The notes beneath the pieces are model-generated. The model did no database searches. It saw only the letters and a list, made by a program, of their open reading frames with translations, and was not told the origin of the DNA. DNA of 64,000 bases from Raillietiella orientalis (Eukaryota). Both the position numbers and the translations under genes were made by a program. The stretch spans positions 1,674,001 to 1,738,000 of the forward strand of contig JAYWIR010000028.1 of NCBI GenBank assembly GCA_036172245.1, written 5' to 3'. Positions 52,231-63,714 of this stretch are shown piece after piece. The first letter of the stretch is position 1; every line of letters starts with the position of its first letter.

Positions 52231-54018
52231 AAAAGGGGGAAAAAAAAAAACTTCGAACGGTGTTCCGCGATATTGAAAGATCATTCCTAGGAAGCCAGAA
52301 CTCGCGCTCACCTGCATTTTGCTCATCTTGACGTGCTACTATACTTTCAGCTCATCCAGCGAGAGAGCCACCGCCGGAAGCGCACTTAGAAGTGATGAAT
52401 GAGAGATCGCAGTCATTCACCAAAGAGATCGATTTTCGTAACTCTCTGTCATTTGCACCACGAATGCCGCCGTGCGGGAGAAGACGCAGCCGAAATTTGC
52501 TGGCATCCGTCAGTGCGCAAGTTCCTCCTTGGTTGCATCCATTCAATCTGTCACATCCGTTTCGCAATTTCGTCTTCTCCCGTGCCTCAGGGCCGTCACA
52601 TCGGTGGCGCGTTTATGGATATTTGTTACATATTATCACATGTCTAGGCATGGTCATTAAGAGCATGATGCACTTGATGGCGTGCAGGCCAAACGGGCAT
52701 ACTTGTTGCTATGCATCTGAGAGTGCATACCAATGCGTTGACGTTCCGAGAAAGCCCTAGAGGTTTCTGCAGCATGGTTTTCAAATGGGAGGGAAATAAA
52801 CATCCCTTAAGAGCATAATCTGATTTGACTTCCTAAAGCCTCAAAGAAGTGATTCGAACGATTGCCGTGTACAAATGGATTCACGGGAGTGTGTAATTTG
52901 CTTTGCACTTCTTTCAGAAGTTTTCACTCCGCGCATGGCAGCATTCTTTCAGGATGCAGAGCATCCTCATAAAAGTGAATCCGTCCCGTCTTCGATTCTT
53001 CCGAGCAAGTGCTTTGGGAGTTTCCGGGTTCGGAAACTTCTCTGCAGCCGTGCATTTTGATGGAACGGCTCGTGGCAATTCGGTCCGAAAGGATCGTTTC
53101 GAGTGATGCTGCTGAAAACGAAGGTATCAGCTTTTTCGACTCGACGATCAACCATTGCTTAAACAGGCCACAGAGATCATATTTCAAACGGATGGGTTCC
53201 ACAGAAGGAACTTGGCTCGGAAATAATCTGGCAAATGGCTTCATCGCAGGGCAGGTCCCTTCATTTCTCATCTCTTCACGTAGAGGACTCGACGCTGCTG
53301 GGGCTGAAAGAAGAGAATACCGTCGCATCAAGACTGCACGCGACTTCTAAACAATTTTTCACTTTCACTTTCAGATGGCCGCCGCAGCGGTGCATGCAGC
53401 GTTGAAAAATCCTTTTTTGCTTCTTTGCTACCTGATTGAGATGTTTAGAAACCTCGAAAGCCCCTAATATTCCTTGAAAAAGAATAGGAAGCCCCAGTTC
53501 TGTGTGACCCCAGCATGCTGCCAAGTCCGATGTTGCGAATCAGCGACAGCACTGTTTTTGAATTCCATTTGGGAGGAGAGTTTAGAGCCTTCCCGTCAGG
53601 TGAGGTGTTTGACAAAGTGCGAGTGCATTCCCCGGTGATGAGAGTTCATCCGTCTGTTTCGATTGATCAGCTGATTGTGGGCTTCTGACTTTCCGCCTTT
53701 GGTGGATTGAGCAAAGCCCTCGAGGCATTCTGGGCAGACAGACGGTACGAGGCATTCCATCTTCTCGGAAGGAAGGACCAACCGGGTCAGTCGCGTGCTG
53801 CAATCGATTCGCCATCAGGCAGACGCACGTCTGCGTTACCACGCCGAGGTGAAGGTCACAGAGGCGAAGGGATTGCTGCCATGAGAAGCGCGAATGCAAC
53901 GGGGAGTTATCGGGGAAGAAAGTGGCCCCCTTTATCCCTGACGGCAAAACCTTAGACCGCGTTCAATTCGCGTAAGGAGTGCGTCCCGTAGGAGATGACG
54001 GATATATGACGGACCCGC

Positions 54019-55075
54019 GTCGGAGGCCTTGTGGTTAAGGCTTCCGCGTGTGGCACCACGCGTCGCGGATTCGAATACTTCGGCAGAAACTCTGACGCCA
54101 CTGCGTCGTTTGGGTTCCGAGTTCCTCCTGCAAGATGGCGCTGGTTGGCCTAATCATTCGGGCGTGGCACCGGCGGTGGATTAAGCCGGAGGTCCCTGAT
54201 GAAGGCCAGAACAATGGGAAATTGACCTTCGGGTCTTCCCAGGAATAAAGGATTGGGGAGTTCCCCCTCCGGTCGTACGACGGAGAGCGGACTCCCCTCA
54301 CCGGGGGACCCCTCCGGTTTCGAGATGGAGCAGGAGCCCTCACGGGCACCTCTCTAGTTGTTCAAAGGAGCGGACCCCCCCTTGTTGCGGGGGTCCTTCC
54401 GAGTCGTCGCCTCTTCACAGAGTGTGCACAAGGAAGCAAGCGAGAGCGATTCCCCTGCGGGAAGCTGCAGCGCCCCTTCTGAGGAAGCGTCCCTTCGGGG
54501 TTCTCTTCAGAGGAGTGAACAGGAGCGGTTCCCTTGCGGATTCCCTCCGGAGAAGAAATTCCTACAAGCGGATCCTTTCCAGTTCCCTTCGGAGAAGTTG
54601 AAATGGAGAGGACCATCCCCCGTTACGGGGGGTGTCCCTCCGGAGAGAATGAGGAAGGAGATTCCCTTCGGGGTTCCCCTTCGGAGACAACCAGGGTGGG
54701 AGGTGCGATCCCCCCCCCCTTCCGGGGGGATCCCTCCCCAAGCGTGAGAAGAACGGACTCCGAGCCCTTCCTGGATTCAAATTCCTGGATGACGGACTCG
54801 TCGCCGAAACGTCTGGATGGGAAGAGTCGAGAGGAAATCCGAATTCTGCTCATTTCGTTCACGAGTCGCCCGGCTGCAGAGGACGGGCGCAAGCCATCCG
54901 AAAAAAAAAACCCTCTGGAAACGTTTGCGTCGCATGGGGCCTTGTGCAGCCTGCCTCAACACCGTGGGTGCAGGGCCGAAGAAGCCACCGTTTGGGAAAC
55001 GCGTCCAACAGGCTTGGGGGAGAACCGAGTCCGGTGAAAGTGGTCCCATGAGTCTTCCTCGCAAACGTCTCGGTT
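54019..55075 (+). mobile_element. tRNA-His-like-headed, multi-hairpin element, copy 2 (longer)
   Basis: 7-bp acceptor stem GTCGGAG (54019-54025) / CTTCGGC (54078-54084) plus A, D-arm-like GTGGTTAAGGC, TCCGCGTGTGGC, T-loop GATTCGAATAC; the body to ~54770 is an array of GC hairpins (GACCTTCGGGTC, CCCTTCGGGG twice, GGACCCC..GGGGTCC, CCCCCGTTACGGGGG, GATCCCCCC..GGGGGGATC). The 3' boundary is inferred from resumption of BEL sequence. Confidence 0.75.
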
Positions 55076-58000
55076 GATACTTATCATTGGAGCAACACTT
55101 GAGAAGAATCCAGCTCCTCTTTTACTTTTAAAAAGGGAAACTCAAACAAGGTGTTGTCCATGGAGGATGCATGGCAGTTCTGCGCACGATCATCCCTGAA
55201 ACTGACGTATCTCTGCACTGAGGTGCGCATCTCGTGTTTTCGAAGAAGAGGAAAATTCCTGCACCACAATGTATTTGTTTCTGTCTAAATAGGCATGCTT
55301 TTTTTTTTTTTTCCTTCTTCTTCACTATGCAGCGCAATAGCCAGTAATATCAATGATAGGAGATCCCAGTAGGCACGCAAAGAGGCTGAGAAAATGATTT
55401 TCTCAAATCTAACCAACAAAATGTTGTCGGACGATTCACTATTAATTTGCTGACAATAAAATGGCGTCGATGTGAAAAGTATGCACAGAGGGTGGACTGA
55501 TTTAGTCGTTATGGAAAGCACGAGGGAAACCCAGTAGGAACTTGCAGCCGAAGAATTATGAAGCAGGAAAAGCTTAAACATCATCCAGATAATGGCTACA
55601 GTGCTGAAAGGGGGACGAAGATTCGCGGGAGCGAACCTCGGTCCTTAAGGACATGGAGGACTCGACAGCCGTCTTTCGCTTGTCTCGTGGAGTGTCTCGT
55701 GAAGCACACGCAGGCTTGTCACCAGATCCGCTTGCACCAGACCGGGAATCCCAGCCTTGAAAAGGGAGATTTACTTTTCTTTCTACTACATTGTAATACT
55801 GGAATAATTGGAATTAGAAGGAGTTATAAGTCCACGTATGTCCACGAGGGCTTACTCAAATGGAATGACGCTGGATTTCCCCAATATAGACTGACACGGA
55901 GATTCGGAAATCCAAACTTACGGAGGGAAAGGATTAATAGAAAGGTGGACCTTCCGTTTGTGGTTTTTGTGGAAAGAGTTCCGTGGATTCCCGGCGCTGT
56001 GATTTCGTTCGACTCTAAGATTGAAGAGGAGCGTGTAGTGCGAAGCTTCCTCGATCACAATATTTTTTCCAATCCACCATCCCTTCTACGATTTCGGAGT
56101 CCAAGCCGCTCCGTGACTCCCTGACGACAGGATCACGAAGCAGCATCCACTACTACTTGACGGTCGGTTCACGTCTCTGAAAGTTTCTTCCGGCTGCTAA
56201 TTACTCATTCAGATTTGACGAAATCCATCAATGATGTTTTTAATAGGTTGCGTGACTCACGACTGCCTTGAAATGCTGGAGCCTGTGTCATTTCACTTCG
56301 TCATCTTTCGTAAAAGATCTCCGTGGGTGTCGCGAGATTGATTTCCCTCAGCTATCTTCATGACGAAGAGCAAACTTTCTAAGGGTCTTGAAAAAGATTA
56401 GGGGTAGTCCAGGAGCGGCTGGAAAAAGGCCAGAAGTAAAAACGGAATTCGACCTCAGATTTGATCGGCGGATAGTGACTTTGCCCGCCAACCATCTGCA
56501 TGTTACGAATCAAAGGAGTACGGTTCGAAACCCGAGTTCTCCGGTCATTTCTTCGTCCGCTTTGCGATCGGAAATTGATGGTGCACCCGAGTACCTCATT
56601 TTGCCATCATTTGTGGCACGCGTCACTAACAAACATGAAACCTGAAATGCCTTTCGTCGACGGAACTTCTCTTTCCAGACAAAGGTGAAGCTGGCAGTCA
56701 CGTTGGCTGCCGCCAGCAGCAGTTCAGCGGCACGCATTTGGTGGATCCACGGCCGCGAATGCAGGTTTCTTTTCCGGAAGTCTTGAAGCAAACGCGAAAG
56801 ACCGGAAAAGTGACACCGGGCTGCTCTGCGAGTGCATTCCATTTCCGTGGAACAAGAGAAACTCTATCAAAGCATCCAGATTTTCATCCTCCTCTTCAGA
56901 GGTCGTTCTCCAAGCGCGCGCGTGTGTGTGCAACGATATGTGCTTACGATATGTGAACCCAAAGACACCCTACCATGCGAGCATCCGGCCTGGGGCACGT
57001 CAGAGAAGACAAAAGTTTGCCTTGATGGAGACAACTGATTTCGTGGTTTCCTATGCAAAGCTGTTTGCTCCACGAGAGAACAAAAATAGCAGAACCCTAA
57101 GCAGTTCTAATGAATTGCTCAATCTACTTTACGGCTAAGCATTGTCCTTTGACGGTTCTTAAGAGACAGCAAGCATTAGGGGGATACTTTACGGTATAAT
57201 TGGGGTAGAAAGCCAATGCTGCAATCTGAGTGGAGTTCACAAAGCGCAGCACTCCAAGCACCTCTGAAAGAGTTCGTTTGTTTTGCTGCACCTTCGCTCA
57301 TGGATTCACAATGTTCCTCCCTTATTCGAAATCCTGAATGATCGCTACTTGTCGACGTCCGTCTGCTTACACCACGGAAAAGTGCTAGAAGCAATTAGCA
57401 GATTAGTAGGGATGGCACCGCTGCAACAGATTTCTGAATGTCAATAGAAAAAAAGAGAACAGATGGAATTCCGAAGGAGTTAACCATAAAGATTGGAGCA
57501 ATGCAAACCAACAAGTAGATCACTTGGCAGAGATGGCTGCTCTTGGGAAAACTCGGGAATGTTTCCCGAGAGTCCCGCTGCAGGCGACCTTAGGGTTCAT
57601 GGGACCCACGCGGAAAGACTGCTGTTGCTCTCGCAAAGTGACAGAAACTTTTCCTCTTCTTAGAATCAAAACACACACACGCACACAGAACTCCCGCTAT
57701 TCGCTGTTGCAAGAATCTTCCGAGTGGCCAATTCTGATCGCCTCAGATCCTCCCAGCCTTAAGAGACCTGACCGTTTCTTTGTGGTAACCTGTCGCTCCT
57801 TTTCTGTTGTGAGGAATGATGGGAAACGAAACCGGAATTTTCAGCCGAAGTCTCCTTTCCACTTCCAAGGTTGATTCTTCAGCAGTTCAAAGATACGGAA
57901 GCCGCTCTGCTGCTCCATTTAGCGTCAATTCATAGATCCTCTTCTTTGCTCCTTCTGAGTCCTGTCATCGAAACTCAATTTCCGAAGAACTTCATTGCGA

Positions 58001-58859
58001 TAAAATCCTTGGGATGAGCTTCCCTCCATGAGCATTGCGCTGGTGATTGATTTAATTTCCAGGACCGATTTTTGCTTCCTGTTTTGCATACAACTTGATA
58101 CTTGCATCAATGACGATGTTCCTGAAAGTAAGGCCCCGTGGGTTTGGATCCCTTTTCGTGAGTTCGTTGCGCAGTATCATTCCCAGGCAGGAGTTACCTC
58201 CTGATACCGCCTGCGGTCCTTCCTGTACCGACACATGATTTCCCACTGTACGTCCTGTACCATGCATGTCATCTACTCCAAACCTGCATGGATCACTGCG
58301 TGCCGATACATCCGGTTCCCCGCCAGCATCGCTATGAAGCGCAAGCTGAGCTACCTCTCCTTCTATTTTCAACTTTAGCGAGATCGGGAAGACTGATGTT
58401 CGAACAAAATGAAGTCCCATTTTCCTTTTTGACCTTTTCGAAAGCACGCTGTAAGCACTAGCGGGCGGGATTGAACGAATGGGTGTCGAGTTCTGCACGC
58501 GCTTAGTTTCGTTCTTTAACACCTGATTTCGTGGTTGACTAAACAAGATGCTTTTCGATTATACAGGTTGTTATCTCTGCAGGAAGATTCCATCAGCAGC
58601 ACGCATATCAGTTCTACTCCCACTGCTAAAATTAAAGTCGGTCGTATCTTGCAAGTGGGATTATTATCCCATGGTAAGACCAGGTAAGGGATATCTTCAG
58701 GCAGCTTCATTGTGGAGCCGTCATTGAGTACGATGCCACACCGTTTTCCATCACCTTGGAGATTTGATGAACCATCTTCTAGTTCCCTATGCGCCGGCGG
58801 CTGAGATACCTGGTCCGCGCTAGAGATTTCAACGCCGCGCGCTGGAACGACACTCTTCA

Positions 58860-58918
58860 CAACGATGCCATCACAGTGCTCGCACAGCTGTGTGCGAACA
58901 TTGTGATGGCATCAGTTG
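58860..58918. repeat. Near-perfect inverted repeat (23-bp arms, 4-nt loop)
   Basis: GATGCCATCACAGTGCTCGCACA-gctg-TGTGCGAACATTGTGATGGCATC; 21/23 Watson-Crick plus one G-T; extends by CAAC/GTTG past a 1-nt bulge. Confidence 0.9.
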
Positions 58919-60918
58919 CGTCTGTCTTGTCTTTCAACTGCACTTTTGTACGGTTGTGAGCAAACCGAGACTGTTTGATCCATCCGTGGCTAAACATGAC
59001 GTCAGAACGTTAAATGTTCGAGAGCGATTCCCTCTCAGAGAACCATCCCAGGGTCTCGGCACTCTCCTTAACACCGGAGGCAGGAAAAGGCAGCTTTGAA
59101 GAGTTGCCAAAGAACGAGGGTGATGCGCTCGAGCTCAACTCCGACCAAGGTCTTCAAAACTGGTATCTCATTCGCCCTTGTTCTCCACTATCTTCGTTGG
59201 AACTTCCGGATAATCTTTTTGAGCCGTGCTATCTTTTCTTGGAAAACCGATGCAGAGACACGAGCTGCTCTACATGGGTCTTCTTTTCGTCGCCACCTAT
59301 TCACAATTGCGCTTTCTTTCAGCATGAAAATGGTCGAGATCCTCAGCTTGCTTTTCGAGGAACCTGCTTTTCGAGTTTCACTCTACAAGCAACGCCGGAA
59401 GCAAACAGGAAGCACTACATAAATAAATACTGACCGTGCTCCAAGGGTTCTGCCAAATCCAAGTGCATTTTCTGAAGAGACTCCACCACCTGAAGGTATA
59501 GGGAAATCCTCTGTGCTTTTCACAGCCAGGTCTGCTTCTCCGTCATGCCACATCTTTATGGCACCTGCGGACCCTGAGTCAAGAGCAATACATATGGAGA
59601 AATATTAGCGTGATGCCTGATGAGCCAAATACGAACTTAGTAATGAAGTCTGCTTAATTAGCGTTGCAGAGGGGCAAAATTCCACGAGTGTGACTCGCAA
59701 AGTCCGTTGTTGACCGCAGTTGCTAAAGCGATCCTCGAGCAAGATGGTGGTGCTATTTGCGCCATGGGACCACATTCTAAGCAAATCAGCTGCTGCCTCA
59801 TCAAACATCACAGAAGGCGCGCACTGTCCAACAAGTGGTCAGCTCTCAATTCCGATGAACTTGCTTTGAGGAAGGGGGAAGGGAGGTTGCACTTTCTCCC
59901 TAATACTGTGATTGAAAAACATCAATTAGATATTTCAGCAACAGCAAAACTGGTGACGACGAAAATCACCTTTAACCTCACATACGAATGCTGTGTTGAT
60001 CATAACTAGGTTCATCGTTTATAGTGATTGAAATTATGAAATGAATTTTCTTAATCTCATAGATAGGTTGCCGTTAGTGATGCATTCATCAAAAAATTAT
60101 AAACGATGCGCTTCCGGAAACTCGTAGCAATATTTCTCTCCAACGTTGAATCAAGTTCAATAAGCTGTTTTCTTGATTATAAGTAAATTTGCTATCTCTT
60201 AATAAAACATGTCGTTCAGAACGAAAGGTAGGTTCATGCCTTCTATTAGAGAAGGAGGGTACTGTACCAATCTCTTTTTGCAATGACACCTTAAATAAAG
60301 GATATTTTGTTAAGGAAACAAACGGTAGTGTCTGATTTGAGCCCATGTCTTGCATCAGATAGAAAAGCATCCCTATTCACAATGCCTAATTATGCAGGTC
60401 AGAGCTACCGTAGCAAGTAATGGCACTGACGTAAGTGAAAACATCACCGGACGCTTCTCGACGATCCCCCATCGTAGGTTCGGAAGCTGTTCCGATAAAC
60501 TGTTGCCGCAGCAACAGCTGTCTCCCATGCCCTCTCTCGAGGAACAGCGAGATGAAGCACAATGAGGAGGAAGAACTGGGATACTGTTTGTGTGATTTCT
60601 GGCCATCATCAAACGATTGCTTGACGTTACTGATTCAAAGTGAAGCGTTGCAAAGGACGTTTTCTTCTTTCCTTTCGGAATTTCTTCCGTCTCGTTGGAA
60701 TTCTTATATTCAATAATTCCGCGACCATGGCAACACGCGGGAGAAGCCATCTGTCTTTCAAAGTGGTCTCGATGGAGTCAGCATGCGGACTCGGATCGAT
60801 GCAGAAATTCCAAGCAAAGTTTTGGGTTTTAGAAAAAGTTTTGAGGAGAAATGAATCCCATAGAAAATCGTCATGAGCTATAACTCTATTTTACTCGATG
60901 ACCAAACGTCAGAGGCTG

Positions 60919-61554
60919 TTTCTGACAAGCAGTCAACAAAAAGAAACTCCAAAGCACTCGCTAAACTCCAACCTCTTGAAAAGTTCAAACTTGGAAGAAA
61001 GAGTGAATGGAAAAACCAGTTCCACTTTCCAGGTTCCAGAAAGCAAAGAATCCTCCAGGTTGCTAAAAGCAGGAGTTCTTGTGGACTTTATAGGAACGCG
61101 TGTGCTCTTCTAGGCTCCTTGCCAAGAGCCTAGAAGAGCGCACTTGTTGAAAGGATATTGTCTGGATCTGCTGGCATGTCACTCGCAAGTTGTCAGTCGA
61201 GTCCATCCTCAGAGGAGAGCTCATTATGGGTGGGGCCCAAATGCTTGTTCCTCCTTCAGCTTTCCGATCGACTGAACCGATCGCCACTCGGAGCTTCATG
61301 CACGAAAGATGCTTCAAAAAAAGTCCTTCGCGAAATGGCGCTTCCTCTCGACGCCAGGAAGCTCTACATGCAGCATCCCAACGAGATGAGTGGGTAACAA
61401 TACCAAGATATGCCAGTGATGGCCCCTGGCATTTCTGACAGACAATCAGCGAAGGAATTCCCCAAGAGCTCGCAATGCTCCAACCTGTTGAAAATGTGAA
61501 ACTTCGAAAGAAGAGTGAATGGAAAAACCAGTTCTACTTTCCAGGTTTTAGAAA
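60919..61554 (+). repeat. Diverged ~125-bp direct repeat pair (60919-61042 and 61432-61554)
   Basis: Both copies contain CTCCAACCT.TTGAAAA...AAGAGTGAATGGAAAAACCAGTTC.ACTTTCCAGGTT; spacing about 513 bp. Confidence 0.85.
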
Positions 61555-63552
61555 TTCTAAAAAAAAAAAAAAAAAAGCATTCTACAGATATGCCAATAAT
61601 TTTAGAATAGAAAAGTAAAAAAAAGAAGGAAAGCTACCAGAGAAATCGCTTAATGGTCACATAGAGAGTGGTGGTGCCATCTGAACGGAGAGATGTGTAT
61701 ATTCCGTGGTGGAGGTTTCGAAGCGTGAAGAAATCAAAGCGTGTGAACAAATCGCTGCAAGCTGAGACCATAGCCGCATGAGGGACGCCTGCTGACTCAA
61801 AGAATGCCTACTCGTATTACTATGGAAATGCTCCGGGAGATGGGTTTCCACGAAAAGCATGATGTCGAGAAGAGAAAAGTAAATAAAAAGACGCACCAAA
61901 GGGAGGAGGTACTTTCTGAACATCTGAGGATGCGTTCAGGAGAAAGAGAGGGAAAAGTGCCGGCTTGGACAATCTTCAGAGCCGCAACTGTTAAAGCGGG
62001 CTTTCTCCAGGGAATTCACAGTTTCCCGGGTTCCTGAAAAGTCCTCTTTGAGGGCACGTTTCAAACTTCTGGGACTCAGCAACAGAACGATTGGCGCAGC
62101 AGAGGCTTCCGAGGATCGGCATTGGTTTTTGTTTTCTTCGTGGTAAACTTGAGGAGATCAAAAGGCGGTAAGTTTTGGGAGCAGGACAGATGCCGAGGAA
62201 CGTGATTGTGACATGTCGTCCCACGAGAGCCATTCGCCTTCTTTTTTCTTCGCAGTGCAGCCGGAGAATCTCTGGACTACCTCCCCCCCGTCACACAAAT
62301 CTATTTTTGTCCATCAGCCCTACTTGACAGGGTTCCTAGTACCATCACACTCCTCACAAAAAAGCATTTTTTCTTCGAAATGGGAGCGCATGACGATCAA
62401 ATGCAGATATGCGGAGGAGAAAACATTGAGATATCTCTCGGTTTGCTGAAGCATCGAAGCCATTAGTGCATCTTAGCCTGACTGCTGAGCTTCCTTAACA
62501 ACGAAAGGATGGAGGATCCCTTAGCAACGGATGCATACTCGCCTCGCGATAATGACAGATGTTTTGGATGACGTCGTCACCCAGTCACAAAAAGATTTGG
62601 GTTGCCATCTAGGATCTACGATAAAAAAGAAGCGCTTTAGAATTTTTTAGAATCAGTTAGGTTACTGTGAGTTCTTGGTATTTTAATCTCCAAGGAAGCA
62701 AGATTGGAAAGGGTAAAGAGTTTCGAGATAAGAAATGGTGCAGAAGAATTCGAAGGTGGGAAGCTTGAGTTCAGAAAACCAGGGAGGAATCTGTTCTACA
62801 GGATGAGCCACTCGAACCCGGTTCACTTCAAGTCTGACCGTGTTTCTCCGGAAAGTCAGGCTTAAGGCAAACGGTATCAAGCCGCTGATCCCATAGTTTT
62901 ACACTGCGTTGCCATCGGCGATGTTGATAGCAAACGCGACCTTGAGATGCTTCATGCCAGTTCACAGAGTGCCTTTTTCCCCCCCCTTTTTTTTTCGGAA
63001 TCTTCATCTTACCCAATCTTGTCCACTCTATTCATTTTCATTAGCAAAAATGCTCCGCTATTTTCTGACTGGCTCTTCCTCATAAGCACCTTTGTGGAGA
63101 CTGAGGTTCGTCTGGATATCCGTATAATCTCTTGCTGAGCAAAGCATTGTGAGTGTGGTTTTTCAAATAGCTCTGTGTTCTTCATAGAAAGCAAGAGTAG
63201 GAAGTACCTCGCACCGGAGAAGGAAGATGCTGGACATCAACAATTGGGAATCCATCCGCAAGGTGCGAAGAAGGTTTTGGTGTAAGATGCAGACTTGCGG
63301 TTTCGTTAATCTTCTTGCTACCGAATTTTATTTCAACCTTGAAACTAATCGGGTTCAGTTTTCTTCCAAGAGAATTTCCCGAAGCGCATTCCACTATGGT
63401 TGTTTGTGGACTTGAGCAGCCCATCCTTCGTGAGCACACACTTTTGACACGAAACTCATGAGATAAAACCAACCCCGTGATCCAGGCTAAGCAGCTTATA
63501 ATGGGACCCACCTCACGTCTGACTTTGTGATGAAACACTGCAAAGCATATTT

Positions 63553-63714
63553 CATACACAACAATGTGGCGCCGCCAACCCATTCCATACACAACAATGT
63601 GGCGCCGCCAACCCATTCCACACACAACAATGTGGCGCCGCCAACCCATTCCACACACAACAATGTGGCGCCGCCAACCCATTCCACACACAACAATGTG
63701 GCGCCGCCAACCCA
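63553..63714 (+). repeat. 33-bp minisatellite, ~4.9 copies
   Basis: Unit CAYACACAACAATGTGGCGCCGCCAACCCATTC repeated head-to-tail with one T/C variant site and no spacers. Confidence 0.97.

Larger units (their letters stand above)
52350..60000 (-). mobile_element. Near full-length degenerate BEL/Pao retrotransposon, interrupted by the tRNA-headed element
   Basis: FDEAAADLL...LLEDRFSN (DUF1759, ~59720-59810), GIVLNDGST (protease, ~58720), GPQAV...LGMIL (~58180-58220), AANVTASF and FTSGLF (RT), HKRKVHLSI, PSFREDGMPR, LETILSDR (integrase), GGIRGANDRELR (C-terminus). Confidence 0.7.

Noticed and set aside
52338..52350. ACTATACTTTCAG match to the U3 snoRNA 5' end
   Set aside because: Only 13 nt; downstream U3 boxes are absent.
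54019..54085. Functional tRNA-His gene
   Set aside because: Anticodon and T arms do not pair properly, the B box is mutated and no oligo-T terminator follows; treated as an element head.
55023..55075. HDV-like ribozyme around TTCCTCGC
   Set aside because: P1 and P3 have mismatches and there is no P1.1 GG, P4 or J4/2.
63553..63714. CRISPR-like array
   Set aside because: Units abut with no unique spacers, there are no cas genes and the context is eukaryotic.
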